A stretch of DNA of 64,000 nt from a virus (taxonomy: Duplodnaviria > Caudoviricetes). Below are positions 17,172-25,819 of the stretch, one piece after another. The DNA is taken from the IMG/VR virus record IMGVR_UViG_3300006846_000010, positions 1-64,000 of that record. One strand, 5' to 3'. Each line of letters starts with the position of its first letter. Position 1 is the stretch's first letter. Below the pieces are notes generated by a model. That model did not search any database. It was not told where the DNA came from and saw nothing but the letters and a program-made list of their open reading frames with translations. Position numbers and translations under genes: made by a program.

Positions 17172-18250
17172 CGCACGAGGACGCACCGGTCCGACCTGAG
17201 GACGCGGTGCACCAGCAGCTCGACCTGCTGCTGCGCATGGGACAACCCAGCTTCGAGCAGGTGGTGGTCGGAACGCTCGGTCCGGCATGGAGCAAGGCGC
17301 TGGGTGAGCGGACGCTGGAAATGATGCCCGATGTCATGCGGCGTCACATTCGGGTGGCGTCGACGTACCACGTAAGCGCAGACATGGTGACGCTCGTCGA
17401 GCGCGCCGCAATCCGTCTGAATGATGACGACACGTATGACGTCTCGTCGCCGCCGACGCCCGCCGGGTTCGCGGTGCTCGATCGGCCGCTGTCGGTGGGT
17501 GATGTGTGGGGCAACGAGATGCTGGTGCACGCGGTCGCGTGGGGCCCGATGAAGGTCATCAGCGTGCGGGACCCGGAGGACTCGCGGCGATACCGCGAGA
17601 CAGGTGTGATTGAACGCGACGTGTTAGATCACGACGGCAACGAGGTCAGCGACGCGACACTCTTCGTCATGTACAACGACGTGAATCGGCGGCCAGACTT
17701 CTACGCAGCTAAGATACTCGAGGAGATCGGAGAGCGCCGGTACCGCGAGTCATTTGGTCACCTGTCCCTGATCGGCGCCGAGCTGCTGAAGGACGGCTCG
17801 CAGGTAGGACCTCGTACGGTCGATCCGAAGCGTCTGCCGCTTAGTCAACTACAGCAGGATCAACGGTGGGACACCGAGAAGCCGCGTCCGTTCACCAACT
17901 CGTTCCGGCTTATGTTGGCGATGTTCGAGCTGATGACCCAGCGGGTCACCACCACCGCACGCCGACCGGCCGCGAAGACCACACGTAAGCGTGCCGCCCG
18001 GGAGGGTATGGCCTCCGGCGAGGTGACCGTCGTGACGCTGCGGCGTCACAGCGTGCCCGACCCGGACCGGGAGCGCGAGTCACGGGAGGTGGACTGGAGC
18101 TGCCGCTGGGTGGTCGACGGGCACTGGCACCGGTACCGCGTGGGACCGGGCCGGGCGGGTGTCCGGCGGATGTGGGTAGACGACTACGTGAAGGGTCCCG
18201 ACGACAAGCCACTCAAGGTAACACATAAGATCTACGACCTGCGGCGCTGA
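17168..18250 (+). CDS. conserved phage protein with C-terminal WVVxGHW...W...YVKGP motif
   Basis: Long high-GC3 ORF; C-terminal motif recognised as recurrent in phage proteins of unknown function. Confidence 0.75.
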   Translation: MTHEDAPVRPEDAVHQQLDLLLRMGQPSFEQVVVGTLGPAWSKALGERTLEMMPDVMRRHIRVASTYHVSADMVTLVERAAIRLNDDDTYDVSSPPTPAGFAVLDRPLSVGDVWGNEMLVHAVAWGPMKVISVRDPEDSRRYRETGVIERDVLDHDGNEVSDATLFVMYNDVNRRPDFYAAKILEEIGERRYRESFGHLSLIGAELLKDGSQVGPRTVDPKRLPLSQLQQDQRWDTEKPRPFTNSFRLMLAMFELMTQRVTTTARRPAAKTTRKRAAREGMASGEVTVVTLRRHSVPDPDRERESREVDWSCRWVVDGHWHRYRVGPGRAGVRRMWVDDYVKGPDDKPLKVTHKIYDLRR

Positions 18251-18492
18251 TAACGCGTAAACGATCTTTGACGCGTGCTACGGTGGTAGCCGTACCTACG
18301 GCCGGGTCGATAGGAGGTTCTATCATCGACATCGACCTAGGCGACGTCGTCGCCTCGATCAGGCTACGCACCAAGTGTTGCACACCGCCGCGACTGGTCA
18401 TACGCGTGGGTGTGCCATACCCAACCACACCGGACGACCGGATCATACACATTCGGTCATTCGGTCGCTTCGACAGGAAGGCAGGAGTTAGC

Positions 18493-18810
18493 GTGGACCT
18501 CAGGGCCGACATGCAGGTACCTCTCTCCGTACAGTTCACGGACGAGGTAGGCAACCCGGTGGGTACGCCGGCGGGTGCGACGGTGACGTATACCGTGGAC
18601 GACCCGGCGATCATCAACCTCACCGACAACGGCGACGGCACCGCGGTGGCCGCCGCGACGGGAACCCTCGGCACGGCGAACGTTCACGCTACGGCGTCGT
18701 TCAACGGCACGACGGTGACGGGTGACCTGCAGATCGTCGTGGTCGCGGGTCTCACCGAGCGCGTCACGATCGTCGCGGGTGAGCCGACCGAGGTGACGCC
18801 CGACGCGTAG
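18493..18810 (+). CDS. small Ig-like beta-sandwich protein
   Basis: AGGAG RBS before GTG 18493; Thr/Val/Gly-rich strands (FTDEVGNPV, TYTVDDP, GTANVHATA). Confidence 0.6.
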   Translation: MDLRADMQVPLSVQFTDEVGNPVGTPAGATVTYTVDDPAIINLTDNGDGTAVAAATGTLGTANVHATASFNGTTVTGDLQIVVVAGLTERVTIVAGEPTEVTPDA

Positions 18811-18823
18811 CAGATCACACAAG

Positions 18824-18870
18824 ATTACCGCACGACCGTATTGCCCGGTCGTGCGGTAATGTGATATAAT
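18824..18870 (+). promoter_or_regulatory. palindromic promoter
   Basis: 15-bp arms 18824-18838/18846-18860; TTGCCC-18-TATAAT. Confidence 0.75.
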
Positions 18871-18907
18871 GGTTGTAGTAGGTAGTCGAGCGATGAGGGA
18901 GCCCGCC

Positions 18908-19189
18908 GTGGACGTCAAGGTCAACTCACTGGGTAGCATCGAGATCACCGGTGCGTCGCGCCGGCCCGGCGAGGTCGAGGCGGACCAGATCATGAAGCTG
19001 GTCTCTGAGGCGCTGGGTCGCCGGCTCGAGGCCTTTAAGCTGAGCGGCGCATGGTTCATTTGGGATGACGTGTCACGTACGATGATTGCGGGTGACCAGG
19101 CGCGCGGTCAGCGACGTCGCGCCAGCTTCGCCCAGGCGCTGGCCGACGCGACCGGGCGCGCCGTTGTGCAGAGCGTTTCGCTGGTCTGA
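18908..19189 (+). CDS. hypothetical protein
   Basis: GGGAG RBS after promoter; start approximate. Confidence 0.6.
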   Translation: MDVKVNSLGSIEITGASRRPGEVEADQIMKLVSEALGRRLEAFKLSGAWFIWDDVSRTMIAGDQARGQRRRASFAQALADATGRAVVQSVSLV

Positions 19190-19255
19190 GGACGAAACCA
19201 CCCGCGCGCGGGGGTGGTCGGCGGCTGGTGGCCGTCCCGACGAGTCCGACGAGTG

Positions 19256-19738
19256 ATGAGCGATGAGGAGTTGAGCGCAGTGGCGAAGGACGGGAACGGC
19301 ACGGGTCTGGTCTACCGTGTCGACGAGAAGACGTGGTCCGTCTACGACATGTGGTTTGAGGATCGGGTCATCTTCGAGGTGGCGGTGAACAACACCGACC
19401 CAGAGCTCAAGATTTACGTGGGTCGTCTGGCCGCTACGTGGGCGATGGTTCACGATCTCGATGACGATGAGATGAGCTTTGGCGACCTGATCGAGACGAA
19501 GGGCCGTGCCAAGCGGGGTACCCACGAGGTGGGCGGCACACCCGTCTCGCCCGGCGAGATCAAGGATCACATCGACGGCGCGACGATCCAGTCGTACGTG
19601 TACCCGCGGCTGCTCTTCCTCATGGCAGCCGTGTACGTGCCGCTGAAGCCGCAGGTGCCACCGGTGTCGCCGACCCAGGAGCCTCAGATCGTCGATAAGT
19701 CCGAGGACGTCGACCCGCTGGGTGACACCCAGCTCTGA
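19256..19738 (+). CDS. hypothetical protein
   Basis: High GC3 ORF; start approximate. Confidence 0.65.
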   Translation: MSDEELSAVAKDGNGTGLVYRVDEKTWSVYDMWFEDRVIFEVAVNNTDPELKIYVGRLAATWAMVHDLDDDEMSFGDLIETKGRAKRGTHEVGGTPVSPGEIKDHIDGATIQSYVYPRLLFLMAAVYVPLKPQVPPVSPTQEPQIVDKSEDVDPLGDTQL

Positions 19739-19753
19739 CGAAAACTTATCATC

Positions 19754-19800
19754 ATATCACACCACCGAGCGTTGCTCGGTGGTGTGATATATGATATAAT
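19754..19800 (+). promoter_or_regulatory. palindromic promoter
   Basis: 17-bp arms 19754-19770/19774-19790; TTGCTC-17-TATAAT. Confidence 0.8.
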
Positions 19801-19837
19801 AATCGTAGAGAATAAAAACTGATTGAAGGATGAATCG

Positions 19838-20056
19838 ATGAACGGTCGACCCGAGCACCAAATGCCCGACATGGACATGCGTCAGCGAATGACAGCGTAC
19901 GCCGAGGTCTCAGAACACTTTGATCTACGTTCAGCACAGCGAGATGCGTTGGATGCCACTATGTTGTATCCAGATATTATGCGTGCGGCACACGTTAAAA
20001 ATTGGAATCTCGTTGAGGCGTTGCTCATAGACGCGGCTATCTTGAGTGGAAGGTGA
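19838..20056 (+). CDS. small hypothetical protein (AT-richer than neighbours)
   Basis: First ORF after promoter, directly before the ARH gene; start approximate. Confidence 0.5.
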   Translation: MNGRPEHQMPDMDMRQRMTAYAEVSEHFDLRSAQRDALDATMLYPDIMRAAHVKNWNLVEALLIDAAILSGR

Positions 20057-20062
20057 CGAAAG

Positions 20063-21079
20063 ATGATCACGCGAGACAAGATCGCCGGCTCGTTCTACGG
20101 CCTGGCCCTGGGTGACGCCCTCGGGCGACCCACCGAGTTCATGTCCCTCAAGCACATCAAGCGTACGTACGGGAGCTACGGCGTCATGTCGCTGCCCCGG
20201 CCAGCGCTGTTCACGGACGACACCCAGATGACCCTCGCCGTGGCGAGGGCCGTCGGCGCCGCGCGTTGGTTCGGGCCCAACGAGCTGGTTCGCACCCTGA
20301 CGACCGAGTTCCTCCGCTGGGCGGTGCAAGACCCATCTCGCGCGCCGGGCGTCACGTGCGTGACGTCCGTGCGGCGCCTGGCGATCGCCCGGGTTCGTCA
20401 CGAGGCGTGGACGACGGCGACCACCGTGTCCCGAGGTTGCGGCGCCAACATGCGCGTCGCGCCGACCGCGCTGCTACCGGACGCCGACCTGGCCGTCTCG
20501 GCGTCGCAGCTGCAGGCCGCGCTGACCCACGGCGACCCGGTGGCGATCGCGGCCACCGAGCTGACCGCGCTGGCGATCCGGTACGCCGCGGAGGGCGCCG
20601 ACCTGGTCGAGCTGCCGCGCATGCTGCTGGCTCGTGCGTACACCCAGCGGGGCATATACCGCGACCGGTGGCTGCGCGGACTGCATACCCGCTGGGTGAC
20701 CCGGGGCAACCTAAGCGCCGAGGTCGTCATGGAGCGGGCGTGGGACCGGATCGCCGACACGATCCGAGGCGTTATGATGGCGCTCGCCGACTCGCAGACG
20801 CCCTATGACGTCTGCCGGACGCTCGGCGCGGCGTGGACGGCGGACGAGGCGCTGGCCTGCGCGCTGTACTTCGCCGTGCGGTTCGGCGGGGTGCCGCCGG
20901 TAGCGATCTCGATGGCGGCGAGGACGTCGGGTGACAGCGACTCGATCGCCTGCATCACCGGGGCGATCGTGGGCGCCTATCACGGCGAGTCGGTCTGGCC
21001 ACTGCACTGGCGAGCGCGGATCGAGCGTCGCGGCGACGTCGAGGACGCGGTCGACACGATCTGGCAGCTGTGGGAATAA
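20063..21079 (+). CDS. ADP-ribosylglycohydrolase (DraG/ARH family)
   Basis: GLALGDALG, FTDDTQM, GCGANMR, LTHG, GDSDSIA motifs. Confidence 0.9.
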   Translation: MITRDKIAGSFYGLALGDALGRPTEFMSLKHIKRTYGSYGVMSLPRPALFTDDTQMTLAVARAVGAARWFGPNELVRTLTTEFLRWAVQDPSRAPGVTCVTSVRRLAIARVRHEAWTTATTVSRGCGANMRVAPTALLPDADLAVSASQLQAALTHGDPVAIAATELTALAIRYAAEGADLVELPRMLLARAYTQRGIYRDRWLRGLHTRWVTRGNLSAEVVMERAWDRIADTIRGVMMALADSQTPYDVCRTLGAAWTADEALACALYFAVRFGGVPPVAISMAARTSGDSDSIACITGAIVGAYHGESVWPLHWRARIERRGDVEDAVDTIWQLWE

Positions 21080-21112
21080 CGTACGACTAACGTAATACTT
21101 AGGAGGATCGAG

Positions 21113-21397
21113 ATGCGTCAGGACAGGGCACAGCACACGGTGGACACAATCATCGACACGCACGTCGAACAGCTCGGCGGAACGGGTGACCCGTCCCGGG
21201 TGGCGCAGGCGCTACGCAACGCGAAGAGCGACTTACACCTACTGATCGAGCAGATCTTTGACGAGTGCGGATTCGAGGCGGCTGCGGACCAGGCGATCGA
21301 GTTAACCCGGGAAGATCCGTACGGCGATCGTGCTGAGTCGTTGCGCAAGCGCCAGGCGGAGCTCGAGGCGGAGTATCCTGATGATCAACATCACTGA
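21113..21397 (+). CDS. hypothetical protein
   Basis: AGGAGG RBS. Confidence 0.65.
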   Translation: MRQDRAQHTVDTIIDTHVEQLGGTGDPSRVAQALRNAKSDLHLLIEQIFDECGFEAAADQAIELTREDPYGDRAESLRKRQAELEAEYPDDQHH

Positions 21398-21638
21398 TGT
21401 GTACAGATCAGCAACGGCAACACCTAGGTAAAACAGCTTCCAGGTGATGAGGATGACGTGGGTGGTCGCAACCGTGCGGCGGTACAACTAGCCGCCAACC
21501 TAGGAATCAGGTACGTACACGCGCTGCGACTGTTTCGCGGCGTGTCGGCGGAGTGGGCAGATCTTGACACGTACGATAAGCTGCTCGACCGCTGCCGCGC
21601 CGCACTTACCGAGGAGCGCGGTGGAAGGAAGGTGACGA

Positions 21639-22286
21639 GTGATGAACCCAGCACGTGATAGGTACGATGACCGGCACGTTCGCGAGGACTCGAGTCTCGC
21701 GGACGTCGCCGAGGACTACGTCCAGAGGTACGAGGGCGACTTCCTCTTCTTGCGCGACTGTCGCGAGCGGCTGGCCGTAGGCACGCGCCTGTCCGTCGCA
21801 CAGGTGCGCGGCGTCCTGAACTGCATGCGCGGTGACCCGCGTGTCGGGAATCTGCCGGTGCCAGCCCGAATGGTCGACGTGGTCGGCGAGGTGGTGGACA
21901 TCCGCACGCGGCGGCGCAAGACGGTGGTACCTGTGCGACCCAGCCGGATCGACCTGCCGACTAACTGGAAGCTGGTGTACGGCGTTAGCAGTCACAAGCT
22001 TGCGCGGACGGTCCACCGGGTGGACACGCGGTGGTCAGGTGTCCGGTACTTTCCGCAGAGCGACAGCCCGTTCGCTGACCGGTTTAGCGTCCAGCTGCGC
22101 TGGGTGTGCCCGGCCAACGTTCCGTACCGTTACCCGTCCGGGTGGTTGGCGCCGCGTGAGTACGCGGTCGAGCTGCTGTCACGGACGGACGCGGTAATGC
22201 TGGTTAGGGAACACGTGGACGCCGGCTGGCGGCTCTGTCCGCGGTGCGAGCGAGACGCCGCGCCGTACGGTGGTGACGTCGGGTGA
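21639..22286 (+). CDS. hypothetical protein with C-terminal CPRC
   Basis: Fills the operon; coupled to next gene. Confidence 0.65.
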   Translation: MMNPARDRYDDRHVREDSSLADVAEDYVQRYEGDFLFLRDCRERLAVGTRLSVAQVRGVLNCMRGDPRVGNLPVPARMVDVVGEVVDIRTRRRKTVVPVRPSRIDLPTNWKLVYGVSSHKLARTVHRVDTRWSGVRYFPQSDSPFADRFSVQLRWVCPANVPYRYPSGWLAPREYAVELLSRTDAVMLVREHVDAGWRLCPRCERDAAPYGGDVG

Positions 22287-22957
22287 ACATCCTGTTGGCC
22301 GGCATCGTCGGCTCTACCGCCTATGGGCTGGCCGGTCCCGGCTCTGACGTGGACCGCCTGGGGATGTTCGCCGTTCGCACGGAGACGCTTCACGGCTTAC
22401 ACCCGCCGACCGAGTCGGTTGTCGCCGTCAACCCGGACCGGACATTGCACGAGGTGCGTAAGTACGCACGACTCGCGCTGGGCGGCAACCCAACGGTGTC
22501 GGAGCTGATGTGGCTCGAATCGTATGAGACGGAGACCTCACTAGGCCGTGATCTGGTGGATATCCGCACGGCGTTCCTGTCGGCAAAACGTACGCGCGAC
22601 GCTTACCTGGGTTACGCCACCCAGCAGTTCCGCAAGCTCGAGTCACGCGGTGACGGCTCGTTCTCCGCCGACACGCGTAAGAGAACGGCTAAGCACGCCC
22701 GGCACCTACTAAGGTTGTGCTGGCAGGGTTATAACCTGTACGTCACCGGCGAGCTGATGATCCGACTGGATGACCCACAGAGGTTTTTCGACTTCGGTGA
22801 GCGGGTGGCCGCCGGTGACATTCAGCACGCACGTGAGATGATGTCCAGCTACGAGACGGCGTTCGACCGAGGTCGGTCGGTGCTGCCGGATCGACCCAAT
22901 GAAGCGGCGGTGGAGGCGTGGCTACTGCGGGTAAGACACGCCTACCTGGGCAGCTAG
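22283..22957 (+). CDS. DNA polymerase beta-like nucleotidyltransferase (YcgL/Nuc-transf type)
   Basis: IVGSTAYGL...SDVD (GS-x-DxD), GNPT, YLGYA, KHARHLLRL. Confidence 0.85.
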   Translation: MNILLAGIVGSTAYGLAGPGSDVDRLGMFAVRTETLHGLHPPTESVVAVNPDRTLHEVRKYARLALGGNPTVSELMWLESYETETSLGRDLVDIRTAFLSAKRTRDAYLGYATQQFRKLESRGDGSFSADTRKRTAKHARHLLRLCWQGYNLYVTGELMIRLDDPQRFFDFGERVAAGDIQHAREMMSSYETAFDRGRSVLPDRPNEAAVEAWLLRVRHAYLGS

Positions 22958-23051
22958 GCGAAGTTCTTCGAACCCGCCGCGACCTGGACCTCTGCCGGGT
23001 TTGGAGAATTCGGTGGCGCCGCTTTGCCCATCCTCCTGGTACGGTAACACC

Positions 23052-23426
23052 GTGCCGCTGTGGCTTGTTGTTCTCCTCGTCATTCTCGCGACCCACCGGG
23101 TCACGAGGCTCATCTCCAGCGACGCGATCCCGCTGGTAGCCGTTCCGCGCGAGGCGTTCGTCCGGCGGTGGGGCGTCTACGCGGACGCCCCACCCGAGGA
23201 GCGCTCGCGCGTCTCGATGAACGGACGCCGCACCAACGTCGTCATGCGATCGCTGGCGTACCTGTGGGAGTGTCCGTGGTGCGTCTCGATGTACGTGGGT
23301 GCGGGTATCTCATATGCGGCGTGGACGTGGACCCCGCTGGGTGACCAGCACTGGCTCATCACCGTTCTACTCGCCTTCTCGTCCTCCGGCGTGACGGGCC
23401 TGATCGCGGAACGGGAGAAGGACTAA
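23052..23426 (+). CDS. DUF1360-like membrane protein
   Basis: ATHRVTRLISSD...CPWCVSMY; leaderless TACGGT-6 nt-GTG. Confidence 0.7.
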   Translation: MPLWLVVLLVILATHRVTRLISSDAIPLVAVPREAFVRRWGVYADAPPEERSRVSMNGRRTNVVMRSLAYLWECPWCVSMYVGAGISYAAWTWTPLGDQHWLITVLLAFSSSGVTGLIAEREKD

Positions 23427-23626
23427 TGACGGGTACCCACTTTCGCGACGTCTGCGTTCACGGTGACGTGGTAAGGCAGTGTCGCTGCGCCGGACCTAAG
23501 ACGGACCACATCGTACCGTGTCCGCCGAGTTGTGCGACCCGGCCGCCGGCGTACACGGGACGACACCAGGTCGAGGCACAAGTAAACACCGTTGTCATCG
23601 AGGGTGAGTTGGTAGCCGATGACTAG
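23426..23626 (+). CDS. small Cys-rich protein
   Basis: CVHG...QCRC...CPPSC; coupled. Confidence 0.55.
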   Translation: MTGTHFRDVCVHGDVVRQCRCAGPKTDHIVPCPPSCATRPPAYTGRHQVEAQVNTVVIEGELVADD

Positions 23627-23954
23627 GCCTAGCGTCTGTCGCATGGTGCACTACACCAGCTTCGGAACACCTGGCGGCGAGTATCTGCCTGTTTGTCGCG
23701 CCGCGGTGATCACCGAGGTCGGACAGTGGGTCACCGTCTCCGAGGTTAAGGCCACGAGTTACTCGAAAAGCGAGGGCCGGCCGATCCGGACGCTCGAGCA
23801 GTGGTGGTACGACGACGCCGTGGCGCTGGTTGTGTTGAACCCGACGGGGTTGTTCTTCAACGGAGCCGGACCGGTCGCGTGTAAGCACGACGAACCCTAC
23901 GCCGGTCACGCGCCGGCCGGCGGCACCTGGCACTGGCCCGAGCGCGTCGAGTAG
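23619..23954 (+). CDS. conserved phage protein
   Basis: PSVCRMVHY...CRAAVITEV...LNPTGLFF...GTWHWPER. Confidence 0.7.
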   Translation: MTRPSVCRMVHYTSFGTPGGEYLPVCRAAVITEVGQWVTVSEVKATSYSKSEGRPIRTLEQWWYDDAVALVVLNPTGLFFNGAGPVACKHDEPYAGHAPAGGTWHWPERVE

Positions 23955-23968
23955 CCGAGGAGACACCC

Positions 23969-25738
23969 GTGGGAGACCGTCCCGTCGCCGTTATGCGGCG
24001 TCAGTTGCCGCACGAGGTTGCGTTGCACGGTGCGAACGGGCGTCCGGTAGCGCCGTTCGCCGGGCAGCTGACGGCGGCCGCTCAGCTGATGCTCGGCAGC
24101 GATATCCAGCGTCCGTACATCTCGGAGAGCTGGCAGGAGGAGGCCTGGGACTTCTACGAGGGGCTGGGTGAGTTCAACTACGGCGTCGAGTGGTTCGGCG
24201 AGGCTATGTCCCGCGTTCGTCTCACCGCCGCGGTCGTCGGCCCGGCGGGTGACGAGCCCGAGATACTGGACTCGGGTCCCGCCGTAGACCTGGTCGCGGG
24301 ACTCGTCGGAGGTACCGACGGCCAGGCGCGCATGCTCCAGTCGTTCGGGATCCAGTTGAGCGTTCCGGGTGACTGCTACCTGATCGGTCGCGAGGTCGAT
24401 CCCGGCGAGCTGGAGCTCGGGACCCTGCTGGACGGCGAGCCCGACGAGCACGGCCGGGTGTGGAGCGTTCAGCCGGTGCACACCGTGCGCCCCTCACGGC
24501 GGCTGATCGATGTCTCACTTGGGTTGCTAACCGGCGGTCGACGGCGACGCACCGGAACGCGGCGTGGGTGGCAGGTGCAGGTCGACGAGTCCCGCTGGGT
24601 GGACCTCCCGGGTGAGTCACTGGTCTGTCGTGTGTGGAACCGAAACGAGCGGCTGCCGTGGCGTGCCATCTCGCCGGCGAAGGCCGCGTTGTCAATCATG
24701 CGTGAGATCGACATGTATAACCGACAGATCATCGCCTCGCTGGTGTCACGCGTCGCTCTCAACGGCATGCTCTTCATTCCGGACGAGGTTACGTTCCCGG
24801 TCAACCCGGCGTACCAGAACGCCGGTGATCCGTTCGTCGCCGAGCTGGTTGACATCATGCGCGCGGCGATTAAGAACCCGGGCTCACCGGCGTCCGCGGC
24901 GCCGCTGCCACTGCGAGTACCCGCCGAGTATATCGAAAAGTTTCGCCACCTCACCTTCGCGACGCCGTTGGATGAGAAGCTGTTCCAGTACCGTGAGCAG
25001 GCGTTGCGGCGACTCGCGACGACCCTCAACCTGCCGGCCGAGGTCCTCACCGGCATGGGTAACACGACTCACTGGGCGGCGTGGCAGCTCGAGGAGAGTG
25101 CCATCAAGCTGCACATCTCGCCGAAGGTCGAGACCGTGGTGCAGTGTTTGACCGTGGGCTACCTACACCCGATGCTGCGATCGCTGGGTGAACCCGTTCG
25201 GACGTCGGACGGCAACCGCATCGTGGTGTGGTATGACACGTCCGAGCTTACCCAGCGGACCGACCGTTCTGATGTCGCGCTTAAGCTACGCGACATGCTG
25301 GTGATCAGCGATGAGGCGACGCGGCGGGAGGCGGGCTTCGATGAGGCCGACGCGCCGACCACCGACGAGCTCGAGAGCATGGTTCTCCGGAAGCTGGCCG
25401 TGCAGCCGCAGACGGCGGCGCCGGCGCTGAAGGAGCTGACGGGACTGGAGCTGTCGGTCCCGTCACCGGAGGCCCCGACGGCCGGCGCGTCCTCGGACGC
25501 CGGCGGCCCCGTGGGTGCCGAGACGTCGGAGTCCTCGGACGCCGGCGATGACGCGCCGTCCGTCGGTCCTCCGACGACCCGGTACGACCAGCCTCCGACC
25601 GACGCGACCACGGCGGCGACCGTACCGCCACCGACGCCCGACGAGCGGCGTCGGTTGGTCGTACGACGCATCCACGGACCGCTCCGGAGAGCGCGTGAGT
25701 CCTCCCGAGACGGCCGCCTGACCCGCGTAGGTAGGTAG
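23969..25738 (+). CDS. portal protein
   Basis: WQEEAWDFY..LGE, SRVRL, GMLFIPDE, P.EVLTGMG..HW.AW pattern of actinophage portals; position before head genes. Confidence 0.85.
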   Translation: MGDRPVAVMRRQLPHEVALHGANGRPVAPFAGQLTAAAQLMLGSDIQRPYISESWQEEAWDFYEGLGEFNYGVEWFGEAMSRVRLTAAVVGPAGDEPEILDSGPAVDLVAGLVGGTDGQARMLQSFGIQLSVPGDCYLIGREVDPGELELGTLLDGEPDEHGRVWSVQPVHTVRPSRRLIDVSLGLLTGGRRRRTGTRRGWQVQVDESRWVDLPGESLVCRVWNRNERLPWRAISPAKAALSIMREIDMYNRQIIASLVSRVALNGMLFIPDEVTFPVNPAYQNAGDPFVAELVDIMRAAIKNPGSPASAAPLPLRVPAEYIEKFRHLTFATPLDEKLFQYREQALRRLATTLNLPAEVLTGMGNTTHWAAWQLEESAIKLHISPKVETVVQCLTVGYLHPMLRSLGEPVRTSDGNRIVVWYDTSELTQRTDRSDVALKLRDMLVISDEATRREAGFDEADAPTTDELESMVLRKLAVQPQTAAPALKELTGLELSVPSPEAPTAGASSDAGGPVGAETSESSDAGDDAPSVGPPTTRYDQPPTDATTAATVPPPTPDERRRLVVRRIHGPLRRARESSRDGRLTRVGR

Positions 25739-25819
25739 CCCGTGGTCCAGGCGTGGGAGCCGCAGAACGAGGATCATGCGTCGTCCTTGGGTGTGATTAC
25801 CGGTGATATAATCTCATCT

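Noticed and set aside
18268-18492. N-terminal extension of the Ig-like gene (AGGAGG followed by ATC)
   Set aside because: A conventional RBS plus GTG exists at 18493; the upstream non-canonical start cannot be supported
16321-19800. CRISPR array or MITE/REP family from the repeated palindromes
   Set aside because: The copies are dispersed, differ in sequence and coincide with -35/-10 boxes; no regular spacers, cas genes or transposase
25742-25819. ORF-track start of the giant ART protein
   Set aside because: The segment contains TATAAT 7 nt before ATG 25820, which favours a leaderless start
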